Below, piece by piece: positions 1 through 14,556 of a DNA stretch of 64,000 nt (within the stretch, counting starts at the first letter, position 1; the number at the start of each line of letters is the position of its first letter). Source of the stretch: Euglena gracilis (taxonomy: Eukaryota); assembly GCA_039621445.1 (NCBI GenBank), contig CP154954.1, positions 40,789,572 to 40,853,571 of the forward strand. The letters run 5' to 3'. A model generated the notes under the pieces. That model made no database searches and was not told where the DNA came from. It saw only the letters and a program-made list of their open reading frames with translations. The position numbers and the translations under genes were made by a program.

Positions 1-599
1 AACCAGGCCCTCCCGAATAGTGTCCCAGCACCACAGACCTGCCACCCGTACACCGAAAACATTAAAGTAGCCCATCTTCTGATTTTAATGGTCCCCGGGT
101 TTTCTGCACCGTGACCAAATAGTTGCCCCCAGGGGGCTTCTGATTGAGGGGTTCGGGTGGCAGGGAGCATCCCCACAACACGTCCCCAACAGGAAGCGCG
201 GCACCTCCCAGGCAGGGGTGTCCCCCCCCCATCAGCCCCACAGACACCCGGCCCGAGCCGCCAAACCGCTGGGCAGCCCTGCGCAGCATCTCGCTTCTCC
301 TCTGTTCTTTTGGGCTGCCGCCACGTGATTTCTCATTCCTGGGTTTCGCCATATCACCCTAGGGTTTGGCGGACTGGTTTTTTTTTCCAGAGTGACTGAG
401 CGTTTGGGGGGAGGCTGTCCACGGTGGGCCAGGGACAGCTCTGTCTTTTTTGGGAAGCAGAGTTCACTGAAGTTCACCCTTACTTTTTTTCAATACAATA
501 GCCAACTTGGTTCAGCAAAAAAAGACCAAAAATGACTGGAGTGTCTTTTTGAATGCAACCCTGATTGCCGGGTTGCGCTCTGCCTGTTTCCGGCTTCAG

Positions 600-3500
600 A
601 GCTGGCGGTCATCTGGCGGCAGTTCCTACCGCACCCTGAAGCCCCCCAGGGAACCCCAGCCATGCCCGTCCCGGCCGCCGCCGACCTCTCTGACAGACCG
701 TCGTCCCCGCCCACCGATGGGGTCACCCCTAAACTCCGGGGAGCGCCCCACAGAGGTGGTTGCTGTGGCACGACGGGGTGATCCCCAAAGCCACGCATCT
801 TCGTGCCCTCCGTCAGGGCTGCTGCGGTTTGGGGTTTGGCCATCGGTGCTGATCCCCCTTCAACTTCCATTTCGTCCATTTGACATCCCATCCCAGCCAC
901 CCGCCTGCAGAAGCGTACATTTTTAGGTGGGTGGGTGGCATACCCGCCCCCCCCCCCCGGGCAATTGACGCCCCCGGGCAATTGACGCCCCCGGGCAATT
1001 GACGCCCCCGGGCAATTGTCACCCCTGGCTGTGCCGGCCAATTTGTCACCCCGGGAAATTGTCACCCCCCTCCGTGCTGCCCAATTTGTCACCCCCCCCC
1101 CTACAGAAGATGTTTGTGAACTTTCTTTTCACCAACACGACTCGATTGATCGTCTATTTCGCCACAACATGCTGAGAAATGTCACATACCAAATGCTCTG
1201 CACAATATCACGACCATAGCTGCATTTTTGCGTGTTCACTGGTGTTTCAGATGGTGTTTTTGGTCATTTGGATTTAATGTGGCCTACATGGGTGGGCAAT
1301 TGACGCCCCCGGGCAATTGACGCCCCCGGGCAATTGTCACCCCCCTCTGTGCTGGCCAAATTGTCACCCCGGGAAATTGTCACCCCCCTCCGTGCTGCCC
1401 GATTTGTCACGCGACAATTGCCCGGGGAGGGGCGGGTACGAGGGTGCCTCCCATGACCAGGGAACAGAGCACAGTTTTTTGAGGACCCGGGGGGATCCAG
1501 CCATCTGGCTGGAAAAAAGGTGCTGGCCGGACCACCCCTCTGAGGGTGGGTTTAACCGGCTGCCAGCCTGAACCTGGATGGCACCCGAAAACAGGCAAAA
1601 AAAGCTCAAATCCAGCTTGAGTTTTTTTCCAGCCAAAACTTTGAGGTGAACCCCAAAACTTTCAAAACGGACATCTGCTGTCATTTTTGACCCATTTTTT
1701 TTAGAAAGCTTTTGGCGCTTTATGCCAGTTTTTTTTGATCCAGCCCAGCTTCACCAGGCTGTGAGAACTTTATTTCCACTCGACCCCACTCCCCGGAGAG
1801 AGGGGTCCGCAGCCCAGATGGGAGCTGCTGGCTGGAAAAAGGCCCTGGCTGGCTGAACCCCCCGTCCCCTCCCGGGTGGGGTGGGGCCCGGCTTAATGAA
1901 TTCCCTGCCTGTGGCCATGGGGAGCGAGGAGAAGTGGAGGTGTTCAGCTTCAACGATGTTGAGTGAGACATTCGGGGCCACAAACCTGGTGGAGAAACTG
2001 GCATTGTTGAAGGGTGGACAAAAACTACAGTGACAAGTTTTGTTTTTTGTAAAATACCAGAATTTTACCAAAATTATTTTTACCGTAGTTTCCGACCGGT
2101 GTCAACTTCCCACACCCTCTTTTGTGAAGCCTCAGCCCAAAATAACAAAAAATGACTGGGAAATGGTTTTATGCCCAAAAAAAATGACAAAAATTGCACA
2201 AATGTTGGTAAAAAAAATAAATACTGACCCTTGATTTTGAGGCAAAATGGCCAGAATTAGTTCGATTTACCCAATGAAATGCATGGACAGGACTCTTAGA
2301 CACATGACAAAAAAAAGGTTTTAAGAGGTGGTTGAATACCGAATTTTACCAAAAATTCATTTTCCAAAATCGAAGTTTTACCAAAATATTTTTTACTGTA
2401 ATTTTTTACCCGTAATTTTTTGTACCATAGTTTTTGTGGATCCTGTATTAAAAAAACAACAAAAAAACACGCAAAATGTGCTGCGAAGAGAAAGGAGAAA
2501 GGTGGGTGGAAGGGCCGGGCTCTCAAAGGGAGACCTCTCTCCCCCAACCGTGCCCCCAGCGGTGCGGGCGGCCCCTCCCCTCCCCTCGCTGCCCCGCGGG
2601 GTGGCGCCCGCGCCGCCGGCCCCCCTCCTGCCTCCCCCACCCCTGCGGCCCATCGGCCCGGCCGGCCCCTCCAGCCCCGCCTCCCTGCCGGGCCCCAGCC
2701 CCTCCCAGGCGGCCCTGGCAGGGGCGGCATACGTATTGTCAGATCGTGGGTGCCGCCGAAAAGCTCAGAAAACTGGGGGACAATCCGCCTACCTCCTGTT
2801 TTGGTGTTTTTTTGGAAGTGTTTTGCTTTTGCTCACCGTGCCCAGATGGCCGGCAGCAAACCCACCCATCCCCCACCCTCCTGCCTTCCCCCGAGGAACT
2901 GTGATGCCCGAGAGATTGCCAGGGTCTTCCCCAGGAAACTGTAGCGGTGCTGTCAATTTGTCTGTATTGGACGTTGCCAAGGTCCCATGATTTTTTCGCA
3001 CTCAGAATCCCAAAATCTCACAGTTTGCAGCATTTTTTTGCGCTTAAAATTAGGATTTCAGCATTTTTTCCGCGTCCCCAACTCTTCGCACCATCAGGGA
3101 GTGACCGTGCTGGGGGGAGGCTGTGGGGTGCACGTTGCCAATCTTCGAAATGCGGAAAAGTTTTTATTTGCAAGGTCGACCCCCCGACATGGGCAACGTC
3201 TATTTTCCAAGGGCAGTTAAAGAGCCATCCCAGCATCGAACTAACATCGATCCAGGTTAAAAATCAAAATGTTAGAACATGCTTTTTCTTTTGAGATTTG
3301 GGTGGATACACTGTTCCAGCGATGCCAGAAAGATTTTTTTCCTGGGGTTGGCCTGCTTTTTTCCCTCGAAATTTTGTCATTTCTCTTTTTGCTCAAAATT
3401 TGGAAAATTTTCCAGAACAAAATTTTGAGATCATCAGTGCCCCCCCCCCCCCAGACCATTCGTCCACGGTGTCCCTCCCTCGCTGTTGCGGTGGCCTGGC

Positions 3501-5085
3501 CCCACCTCCCGGCGGTCCCTCTCGCCCGTGCTGGACCTCGAGCCGCCGCCCCCGCCGCTGTCCCGCCGGTCCGTGACCCCGTCCACGCCCGTCGCTCCAG
3601 ACCGGACCCCGATGGGGCTGCCGGCTTTGGCCTCTGGGGAACGGGCGGGTTTGTGGTACGCCTGCCCCTCCCCCAAAATTGTCACATGCCCGTGAGGGTC
3701 CGCACCTGGGAAACTGTGAAGGCCCGAATACCATGGGCTCGGTGGGCGGTGAACATGTTCTCTGCAAACACATGCGCCCCGTATTCTGATGTGTTTTGTT
3801 TGGTTGGGCGTTCGGCGATGGCCACGGCATCCCTGTGGCCCCAACCCCGCAAAACACACCACTGGTGGACAAGGTCAGCGGCGGCCCCCGCCGTCCCCGT
3901 ACTACCCGCCCCGGTCCCCCGTCGCCGCTGCGCTACAGCTCTCCGGCCCGCTGGACGAGTCCCCTGCCGCCTCCCCGGGACCGCCGCCGGCCCCCGCCGC
4001 CGCGGAGCGCAGCGCCACCTCTGCTCCCCCGCCCTGGCCGCCCCCGGCCGCCAGGAGGGCCTGCCCCCCCCCCCCTGTCCCCTTGCTGGGCGGCCAGGCC
4101 CCGATGGGCCGCGACCACTTGCCCAGCGCCTACACCGCGCCGCCCGCCGCGGTCCGGGAGGAGCCGCTGCAGTGGGAGGAGTACGGTGGCGTCGTCGTGC
4201 CGCTGTCTGCCCGGCAGTCGGCTGCGGCGCAGCCGCCGAGGGCCAGGGTGGTTCGGCTGACCTTCAATCTTTTGTTTTGCAACGGTGCCTGATTTTATAC
4301 CTCTTCCCGCTTCTTCATGTGACTGGTGGTGGTGTCCCTCCGCTCCCCAGGTCCAGGCCACAGGAAGCCGGTGTTGGGTGCCCGGTCTTTGTGCATTTCC
4401 AGTTTTGATGATTCCCGTGAATGGGAATGAAAGATTTATCCCAGGGAGACATTTTCTTTTACAGTCCTGACAAAAATGACAGGAAACAAAAGCATGGGAA
4501 ACCACCCAATGTTTCCCATCATTCCCCCCCCACCGCCGTACCCTTTCTATGCCCTTTTGAGGGAGCTGTGAATTTTGGGGTCTTTTTCTTATGAAAAAAT
4601 CACAAAACTGCAACTAGGATCATTTTGACCATTTTGAATTGCTTTTTTTTGCTGAAAATCCTTCCTCGCAAGTGGGAAAATTACCACCAATTTCTGTGAA
4701 AAGTTGAATTCTCCCTTCATTACCTTTTCCAAAACCGACATTTTCCCATCATTTTTTCCCGTCAATTTCTCCCATCATTCTTGTTTCCTGTCATTTTTGT
4801 CCGGATTGTACATCCAAAATCCCACTCTGATGTGGTGAATCCCTGCACAGCGTGTGTTCCCAAGTCCCTGACTTCCCCACCCCATGCCACCACCAGACTA
4901 CCCTGCTCGTGCCCACACCGCCCACCGCATCGTCCTCCTCCTCCACCTCCAACGCCTCTGCCTTCACCGCCCTGCGGGCCACCACCCCCCAGCCCCCCAC
5001 CGCCCTCGCCCCCGTCTCGCCGTCACCTCTGCCACCGCCGGCGTCCTACACGGACCCGGCACCACACCTCGCCGTTGGTGGCGAG
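600..5085 (+). CDS. Probable upstream Pro/Ser-rich exons of the alpha-kinase gene (start not identified, possibly outside the window)
   Basis: GC-rich open blocks with coding-like composition at 600-755 (AG/GT flanked), ~2560-2731, ~3530-3620, ~3875-4247 and ~4910-5085. The last joins in phase to exon 5998 through a GC-AG intron. Phases between the earlier blocks were not all resolved. Confidence 0.55.
943..1436. mobile_element. MITE family A, copy 1
   Basis: TA|CCCGCCCC..CCGGGCAATTG ... CAATTGCCCGGGG..GGGGCGGG|TA terminal inverted repeats with TA flanks. Internal 16-bp tandem unit GGGCAATTGACGCCCCC. Confidence 0.85.
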
Positions 5086-5539
5086 GCGGGAGGGCGGCCC
5101 AGGCCCAAACCCGCTACCCCCCTAACCCTGATGCGGCAACAGTGCCCCCACCCAAAGCAGGCCATGATCTCCCCGACGGATGTTGGCAAAAGTGTTCGGT
5201 GAAGATATTGTTGCAACGACTTCCCCGGCCTTCTCAGGCAGTTGGTTTGGGGATGGGCATGGGCCTGCAAGGGCTCGTCGGGCCGCGGCCACACCCCAAG
5301 ACGCCCGGGGTTTTCCTGTCGGCGGCTGTGCGTCCGGTTGGTGTCCCCTCTGACAAAATGATGGTGTAAGAACCTGTGCTCCAGAGAGACGGTCCATGCT
5401 GAGGAGAGGTGGATTGCACTTTTGGAGGCACGTACATTTTATGTCATGCACACCCACCGGCCCACCCACCCACCCACCCAATCCACACATGCACGCACAC
5501 ACAGACACACCCACCCACCCACCACCCACCCAACCCAGA

Positions 5540-5627
5540 CATACACAGACAGACTGACAGACAGACACAGACACACACAGAGAGAGAGATACACGCGCAC
5601 AGAGACACGCGCGCGCGCGCGCGCGCG

Positions 5628-5709
<82 letters not shown>

Positions 5710-5763
5710 GGTACACGCAGACACAGACACAGACAAGCATACAGACGCAGGCACACAGACACC

Positions 5764-5805
<42 letters not shown>

Positions 5806-5900
5806 CACACACACACACAGACAGGCACACGCAGACACAGACACAGACACGCATACAGACACAGGCACACACACACACACACACGCACGCACACACACAC

Positions 5901-5940
<40 letters not shown>
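5540..5940. repeat. Compound (CA)n/(CG)n microsatellite, intronic
   Basis: Directly visible dinucleotide arrays. Confidence 0.95.
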
Positions 5941-5943
<3 letters not shown>

Positions 5944-5997
5944 CAGTGACCAACCGCCCTGTTGACTACAACCCTGCCGCCCCACTCCTCCGGCCAG

Positions 5998-8900
5998 TTG
6001 ACGTCCCCGCCGGCCGGGGAGCCCGTCACGCTCTTCCGCTACGAGTTCGACACCGCCACGTGGCAGCGCACCCCTGCCCGTGTGCGGCTGGACCCCTACC
6101 CCTGGCAGGAGGTGTGTTGGACGCCCCCCCCCCAATATGTGTGTGTGTGTGTGCATGTGCATGTGTGGGAGTGCCGATGCATGCGTGGACATCTGGGTGC
6201 ATGCGTGGACAGCGTCTGGCAACCGAGTGCAAATGCTGTGTGCCAATGGCCCCACATGGCCATGCACCTTGTATCCATGCACCTTGTTCCTCCAGGGAGC
6301 CCTGCGGCATGTCTACTACATGAAGAACCTGGACCGGCCATTGCTCAGGACCTCACCACATGCTCGGGTGAGGTTGAAGTTCCGGGGTTGTTGTGTGATG
6401 GGGAGTGGCTACAATTGTAATGAGTAGCTTTGTGAGCCCCCCCCCCAAGTTGTATTCCCCCCCAAAAAATAATACTCCCTCCAGAGCCCAAGTTCAGCCG
6501 CCCAAATAATATCCCCCCAACATGGATTTTGGGGTTGTTCAACACATTTCCGTGATCGAAATTTTGACCCAAAATTGCAACAATTCTCGCCAGATAATAT
6601 TCCTCCCCTTGGGGTCGCCGTCGGTCGACCAAACGCTGTTGTTGAAGGGACTTTGCTTCTTGGCATTGGGTTATTTGACAGCGGAATTGTTTCGTTGCAC
6701 GGTTTTCCCGACACCCATTGCATCCTTGTGGCGGACCCTTTTCCTTTGTGCTGCGTTTGTTGCTGAGCGGAGACGGGCAGGCCCTGCCCCCCGGGCCCGG
6801 AGCAGGACTTCGTGGTGAAGTGGAGCAAGAACGCCCGCGAGCCCCGCGATGAGTATTTCCTGGAGGCCGGGGCAGGGCAGCACACAACGCGTCTTTTCAT
6901 TTGTTTTCTTCTACTTTGGCAAAATTTGTTGGCTTTTTGCGTGTTTTTTTGTCGCCCCCCCCCCCCGCGTTTTGCAAAGCCTCCTGGAAAATGATCTCAG
7001 TTCAGCAAATTTCCAAATTTTGGACCTATTTTTCCCCGAGACAAAATTTTGGTCATCTTTTGTCTGTTTTATATTTTTTGGCTCAGCAAATTCCATATTT
7101 TTAGAATCGTCATGTTCCCCAGATTATGAAAGTCATGTTTTTTTTGTTTGGGGGGGTTGATTTGTCGCGTCACATTTTGAGGGTCTATGTTGCCCTCCCC
7201 CCCCCCCCCGCGTTGCACCGTGTGGTGCTTCATCTGTCTCGCTCTTTCCGGCCATCCCTGCCCTGGGGGCGGCCCGGATGCAAGCCACGGCTCAGTGGTA
7301 CGGGGAGCAGTTCAACCGGTGCAGGCTGGGGAGGGGTGCACACCCACAGGATAGAAGGTGCCGGGGCATGGCTGGCCCCATGTCCCGTGTAGCACCGTTC
7401 AAGGTGGCAGGACTTTTCCTTTCTCAAATGGGCAACAAATCATCCAACGAAAAAACAGGTGTGTCAATGCCTGCCACGTTCACACAATCAATAATGTGTT
7501 CATGTACAAAATGTACGCACACACCACAGATCATGATTAGATCCAGTGTAAATAAATACTAAAGAAAATATTAAAATTTTGCCCATTTTCTTCATTTTTG
7601 GTCAATTTCACATGGATCCCCAAGTGGCTGATCCGCCTGGGGTTGAATGAGTGATTATAGTTTAAAGTTAAAGGCTGTCAAAAAGAAAAAGGCTGTAAAG
7701 AAAGCTGTCGAAAGTGTTGTTGGTACTCGGCAGTGGTGTTGTTTATAGTGTTTCAACCAGAGCAACCTGTTGTCGATTAATAAATCATCCTCACACCTGT
7801 GCATAGTTGTTTGTGGCTTCGTTGATGGCATAGTGGGTTCGCTGGACCTCGTTTTTTTCATGTTGAATTTGCCACCTAGAATTGTTCACGTTGAAGTTGG
7901 CGACTTGTTTGGTGGCAGCTTCTCTGTGGGAAGGAGTCAACAAAGATTTTTTTATGGAGGGGTCGTCAAGGGAACGCCCTTCCCCAGCCCCCCCCCCCCC
8001 TGAAGGCTGCACCCGCCCCCTGCCCCACCCACCCCGGCAGGTCCGGTTCCTGTCGGCCTGGGTGATGGAGTGCAGCGAGCGATGTGGCCCAGACGGCAAG
8101 CCGCCCGCGGCCCGCCCGCCGGCGCGGCGGGACCTCCTTTTTGGAAATGACCCCGGTGGAGTCTTCCCCACAATTTTGGCGCTCTGTGCCGAAAAGCAGA
8201 AGTGGAAGGGGGGGGGAGGAACCTCCCCCCCTTCCACAGGGTACCCCCTCGGCCTAACCCCCACCCCCAGCCGGACTTCCCTCAGTCACCAACCCCAAGA
8301 AGAAAGCTCCGCACCTTATGCTGAGCAGCTGGGCCCCAACCCCAGGGGATCAGGGGTGCTGACTCCCCTGCGTCTCAAAAAAAAAGCCTCTGGCAAGTCT
8401 GCAGGGTGGCACACGCCGAAGAACTGTGTTGCGGCGGGGTGGGGGTGTCTGGACCAACCTGCTGCGGGACCCCTGAACCCCAGGAATGTGTCGCTTCCCT
8501 GCAGAAGGCTCATATTATGCCGGAGTGAGTTTGGGATGTCAGCTTGAGTTTGGGGTCAGGATGTCAGGTTGATGGTGCTGCCGGTCGAATGATTTCTCGT
8601 GGGTTGAACAGGGGGGTGGGCCCCGCCCCCTCCCCGTGGCCCACATTCCGTTGGGCGGGCTGCGGCCGTACTGGTGCTCCTCGCGGAGAAGTACATCGCC
8701 GGGACGTTCGTGAAGTACACCAACAACTTCGGCTGGGTCAACCCGAAGTTCCCCAACGCTTCAGCCAGCTCGACCCCGTTGCGGTTGATTTTGCCTCGGG
8801 GCAATGGTGGCATTCATTTCCAATGTTGATGATTTTTGAATGAATGAAATGAGCGATCTCGTGTCATTGCCATTGGGAGCAGTGCACCATTGAGCTTTTG

Positions 8901-11900
8901 CTTTACATGTCCAAATATGGCAACCCTCTGAATTATGGTTGGCCCACCACGAGGGACTTTTTTTGTACCCCCGCCCCCTTTGTCCAAAGACCAGACTTGT
9001 CCAACGACCACCCCCAATCTTTTTGTGTACGATGTTTGTTCAATAATTGTTGGATTTGTATGATTTTTTTTTGCATTTCCGTGTTTCAGAGAAACTTTTT
9101 ATTGCAATTTGTTGGGGTGATCACCATAAATTGGCTGAAAATGCCTCAAAATGGCATGAAACAGGCCAATAACTCCAAAAAAAACATGTTCCAAATTACC
9201 CAAAATGACAAAAATTGATGTAAGTGTGCGAGATTGTGACAAACAGCAAACAGCAAATAAAAAATTGTGGAAAGTTGGCCGAAATTGGCCAAGGATGGTC
9301 AAAATGGTCAAAAATGGTCAAAAATTGGCCCAAACTGGCCAAAAGTGACCAAAATGCCAAAAATGTCTAAAACAGCCCAAAATGGCCATATACCTGTACC
9401 TACTTTTTGCCCCCCCCCCCTGTTAAACCCCCCCCCCCGGTCGGAGACGAACATTAGTGAGAGCCGATTTTTTTGTTTTTCAAAAAAGTCGATTATCTGC
9501 TTTGGTCGGTTATTGCAAGAGGGCGATCGAAAGATGGGCTCGTCGTCGCTGTCTGGAACTTTTGAATTTGGTGCCCAACTGCACGTTGCCACCCAAGTGT
9601 TCCCCTTGCAACACCCCGTGCAAATCCTTGGCATGAGTCCGATGAGAAGCAGTGCCACGCAGTACACACAATGGGGTGGGAACCCCCCCCCCCAAGGGGA
9701 ACTGGCCTGCCCGAGAACATTGAGAGAAAGTGAGACCCTGCCGCCCCACCCCCAGAGGTGGGCCTCCTTCCCCGAAACCTTGTTGGGGCCGACATTGCTC
9801 GAGCCAGTGAGCCGGGGGGGGGGGGAGTCCCAGGCACTCAGAGGCAGGGGGTTGGGTCCAGGGCCGGTCTGGGTATGGGTTCCGTCTGGAGCAAGCACCG
9901 GAAAGTTTTTGAAGACGCCCTCAGATGACTTGATTTTGGGACCCCAAAAATCGGGAAAGAAACCAGGGGGGTCCTCCACCGAGTTGGCCGGAGGTACCCC
10001 CCCTCCCCTCCCCCCAGCCCCCAGGGGGTCTCAAACAGAACCCTGGCTCGGAGCTGGAATGACAATCGGTGCCGGGCTGGGGCCGACCCCGCAGGCCTTC
10101 AGTCACTTCACGTTCAACTTCTCGGAGGGGCTGCTGGTGGTGGCGGACATCCAGGGCTTTGTGTCGGAGGTGTGTGCCGGCCGTGCGTCTCCCTGGCCCC
10201 AGCTGGTGCGGCTGTGACTGAGGGGAGAAGCACCCCCGGATTGGAAAACGGTGCCTGCTTGGAGCCCTGGTGGGGCCACCCCTGCCAATGGGTTGCTGTT
10301 GTACTCCATAGTTGCTAGTTGCTCCCTGTTTGGCTCTTTTTTTAAAAGAAATATATCTAATGAATTGAAAAAAAACTCTCCCCTTGCAGTGTCAGTGCTT
10401 CCAAAAAATTTAATCAAACACCATTTTATTACATATTTCTACATATAATATTGCAGTACTATATATTATAATATCATATATTTTAATATTGTATAATTAT
10501 AACATTATATATCATATATTACTATTACATTATATATTTCTATTTTCGTCTCGAAGCGCCAATTTTTTTTGTACCCCAAATTTCCCCCCCCCCACAAGTG
10601 TGTCCCCCAGCCTGTCCCCCTGGCCCCCTAAGGGGCGGGTGGGTGAGCCCGGACCCCGGGTAGAAAACTCTCTGTCGGGGCTCAAAGATCAATTTCTGCA
10701 ATTGTCTAGAAATGGTTTGGGGACAGGGCTGCGCTCTTTACCCCCTCCCCCGCACCCCCAGGGCCCCGGGCCGGAGCTGTACACGGACCCGCAGATCAAC
10801 ACCATCGCCTCGGAGCGGCCCTTCGGCAAGGCGGACATGCGGCAGCGCGGCATCGACAAGTTCTTCGAGTCGCACGCCTGCAACGCCGTGTGCCAGCACT
10901 GGGGCCGGGGCCCAGCCGTCTTTAACAGTCTCCTCTTCAGTGGTTTGTATTAAATGAAGTATCATTTTTCAACCTCTTCACGAAGATGGACAAATTTTTG
11001 CAATGCACCCTTGCCATGAAGTCCCAGAAAGTTGGCAAGACATAAAAACCAACTTATGTCTTGGAACCAACGCAAATGGATGACATCAAAATTTTGAATA
11101 TTGCAATCCATCCAAAGAGTCATAAACAACAACCAGCGGACCGACAGTCGACAGCTGTACGGTCGGTGACAGTACTCCGGTTTTCTGTTAATGTCCCCCC
11201 CCCCTCATACTCGGCTGTGCCTTGCGGGGGACGGATGGCTGAAGGCTTCGGAGCCGTGCCATTGCTTTCGCTCTAGTCACACCCTTTCGCACAATGGGGT
11301 TGACAGGCTTCCTTTCTCTCTGTGTGATGAATGCTCCCCTCGCTGTCAGCCAGAGGTTGGGTTAACCTGCCTGGCCTCAGGGCTGTTTGGGAATCCTGGG
11401 GGGGGGGGAGCGACCAGGGTTCGATAAGGAGGGTGTTCGGGTTAGAGGGAGAAGTTCCCTCCCCCTCGTGGGCCAGACGGCGGGATCCGGACCCCCCCCC
11501 CACACCTGCCAAGGGGTCTGGACCGACCCTGGGGGACCCGGGACTCCTCTCCAGAAAAGGTCGGATTTTTCCTTCCGGTGCTCCACGCCGAAATTTTTTT
11601 TGTCCTTTTTTTGCCAAAAACTGCCCAAAATGGTCGTCCACCCCCCGAAAGGGCTTTTTCTCCAGCGCTAGGTTCCGAAAATTTTTGGCAAGTTTTAACC
11701 TAAAACCGATCCAATTTGCCAATTTGGGGCGTAAAAATTGTTGGTGCATAATTTTTTTGGCTGCATCAATGTTTAGGTGGGTTCGCCCCCCCCCCCCACG
11801 GACATCTAACTTATCACTCGGACTATCATCGACCCCCCTTCCTGGCAGGTCCAACCACCCCTCACCTGGCCTTCCCGTATTTCCAGCGGCGCCAATTTTC

Positions 11901-14344
11901 AGGCCAGAAATTTCTTTTGGCGCCTTCAAAAGAAGGGGGTCGACGCCCCCCCCCAAAACTCCGCCACTACAAACTGGGGTTCGAGTGTCCCGTTACGATG
12001 GATGGGTCCGTCCCCGCCGCCCTCTTGCGTGCGGCCAAGCAGTGGCGTGGGGAGGGCTGCGGGCACGAACGGCGGGCCGGGGGATGACGGCGTCGCCCAC
12101 GCTGCCCCCGCCCCCCTCCGGCCCCTCTCTGTCCAGGCCCGGCCTCGGGGGAAGGGACTCATTCATTTTGGTCTTGCTCTTCTCCCCCACCCCCCCCACC
12201 CCTCTGACACATCGCCAGCACATTTTTGCAACTCTTCCCCCCCCTCCCACCCTGCCGACCAAGCAAACAGGTCCGACAAACCAATTTCTCAATGGCGAGG
12301 GGGTTATGTGTTCAGGCTGAAGATAAGGATTTATTGGCCAAGCTCTGACTCTCAAGCATGGCCCCTGACAAATTGCAATTTGGAATGACCCGAAAAAAAG
12401 ACACAAAGAAATAAATTTTTCGGGGTTTCCCGGCGGCGCCAAAACACCGGCCTGCCCTTCGTTCCTCCCCGGGCTGGACGCAAATAATTCATCTTTTTTT
12501 GGGTGTCGCGCCCCGGTTCCCCTCGCATGCCCCCAGCAATCCCTCCCACGCCGCGCTCCGCACGGTGGCCCAGTGTGCACCCTCTGGCCACCCCAGACGG
12601 CCCAGCCGCAGCCGGCCTGCGCCGCCCTCCCCCTCGCCGCCCCCGCAGACCTCCGCCGCGACGGGGGACCGGCCTCGCCCGGCCCCGACGGCCGCGGAGC
12701 CCTCCGATGGGTTCGCCTACGTCAAGGGCATCACCCCGCACAGGCGGCGGCCCCAATGGCTCCCCCCCCCCTGCCCAGCCTTAGCCCCCCCCCCCCCGCA
12801 CGACGGTCGTCGGCACAACCTTCCCCCCAAAGAGCCCCCCCCCATGGTTCAATGCAAAGAGAAGATTCCAGACCCTGACCAACTCATGGCACACCCCACA
12901 CCCCCCGGGGTGGGTCCAGAGGCCCCAACGCACCCCTCTTACTCGAAAACCCCCGGGAAGTCACACAGGTGTTCAGTGAATCTATGGTCCAGAACCCTGC
13001 TTGATGCAGGAGGAGGGGTGACCCCCCTCCTCCACCCCGAACCTAACCCGACTCCACAGTTTATCTCCACTTTGTGATCAGCACCAAAAGACTGGTCGGT
13101 TCCAACAAAATTGGTTGCCTGGAGGAGCCTCCGCAAAGCTTCCGCAGAGGCTCCAGATAACCAAAAGTCAGGATTTCAGATTTTCTGGGAGCCAGGGGCC
13201 CGGAACAAAGTTTCATTTAGCGACTCTCCGGGAAGGAGTTGACCCCCGGGCCCAAGCCCACCCACCAACTTTTCGAATACCCACCCACCCATGACCCGGC
13301 CCCTCACCCGGGGGTCAACCAACCCATCCACCCACCCTAACCCTCACCCAAAAAAGGTCAATTTTTTGGCATATTTTCCCAAAAGAGTGCCCAAAATGGC
13401 ATTTTTGGCCGATTTGGGGGGATTTTTCGGCTCGGCGCTTTGCCCCCCCCCTCCGTCCCCCGGGGCAGAGGGGGCCCCGGCCTGGCCACGGAGATGATCG
13501 CCGCCGCCCAGCCCCGCCGCCCCTCCTCCCACGCCGCCGGGCCGCCCGCCGCCGCCGCCCCGGCCGCCCCCGCCGCGCCGCCCTACGCGCCCCCTCCGCC
13601 TCTGTTGGGCCGCGGCGGCGTTTGCCCCTCCCCCCCTCTCGGCGGCCTGAACGCTTCGGGTCTTGAGCGACTACTGAACCAGGCCCAGAGCCGCACGCAG
13701 ACAGGTGGGGGGACCGTGGAGGACCGTCGGAGGTCCGCCGATGAATGAACTGAACAGAAGCGGAGTTTTTGCTTTCGAAGGTTCCAACCATGGGCCACGA
13801 ACGGGTTGGGCGACCCCCCAGCCCGGTGGTCCCCCAACGCCGCCGTGCGGGCGTGCCCCCCTCGACCGTCCCCCTGCAGCCGGCCACCAAGCTGCAGGCG
13901 TACCACCTCGAGGGCCCCCGCCCGGCCTCCCGGCCCCGCTGCTGCCTGTCAGGCTGAGCAGGGCCGATCCGTGAATAGTGGCAGCCCCCCCCCCCAAATG
14001 TAAGCTCCCCAAATAGAACCAAACAGAACCCCGGGGTTGTTGAAGAGAAGCCTGAGCCCCAATCCAATCGCTTTCCCGACTTGCAAAAAAGGGAACATCT
14101 TTGAAGCCCCAAAGTTGCATTTCCCCGGGTCCATCATTTGCGTACGGGTTGTATTCCCCCCAACACCCCACACACACACACACAGGCATTGGCGGGCCGG
14201 CACGGGTACCCACTGCTGCCCCCGCAGCACAGTGCGCAGCTCGCCCCGGCCAGCCCCGTGCTTCCCGGTACCAACGTGCTGCGCTCCTTCTCCCCCACCA
14301 TCACCGGCTACGGCCCCGGGCCCATGCCGTACTACGCCCCGTAG
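5998..14344 (+). CDS. Alpha-kinase (eEF2K/myosin heavy chain kinase family), multi-exon; kinase domain plus Pro/Ala-rich C-terminal tail
   Basis: Joined exons 5998-6111, 6296-6336, 6781-6865, 7272-7318, 8016-~8102, ~8670-8757, 10086-10169 and 10762-~10903 read [13 protein letters not shown]...FVVKWSK...[21 protein letters not shown]...VRFL...[31 protein letters not shown]...LLVVADIQG...LYTDPQI...FGKADM...[11 protein letters not shown]. These are the diagnostic alpha-kinase motifs in order. The tail exons (~12060, ~12680, ~13490, ~13880, ~14250) are less certain; the last ends MPYYAP-TAG at 14344. Confidence 0.92.
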
Positions 14345-14556
14345 CCCCCGACCTGGGCTGTCCCCCCTGTCAATGTCGACCCCGCCTCTTGACCCTGTGT
14401 GAATAGAGTGTGGATTATCGCACTGGGGCTTTGCATTGATGCCAAGTGCCCCCCAGGCACGCATGCCGAAACCAATGCCAAAACTAGCCCCCCAGAATTG
14501 AAGGACCATAACACAGGCAAGGGAGTGCCAACAGCCAGGCCAGGACCAGACGTTTA

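Noticed and set aside
959-1100. 16-bp tandem repeats as a possible CRISPR array
   Set aside because: No unique spacers, no cas genes, eukaryotic context; the repeats are subterminal repeats of a MITE.
5122-6323. Long HT/CV-repeat ORFs (also ~17040, ~20110, ~41930-42760)
   Set aside because: Artefacts of stop-free microsatellites in introns.
10903-11276. Alpha-kinase ending at TAG 11276
   Set aside because: The junction after CNAVCQHW is ambiguous, and further coding-like exons follow to 14344. This earlier stop is not excluded but is less supported.
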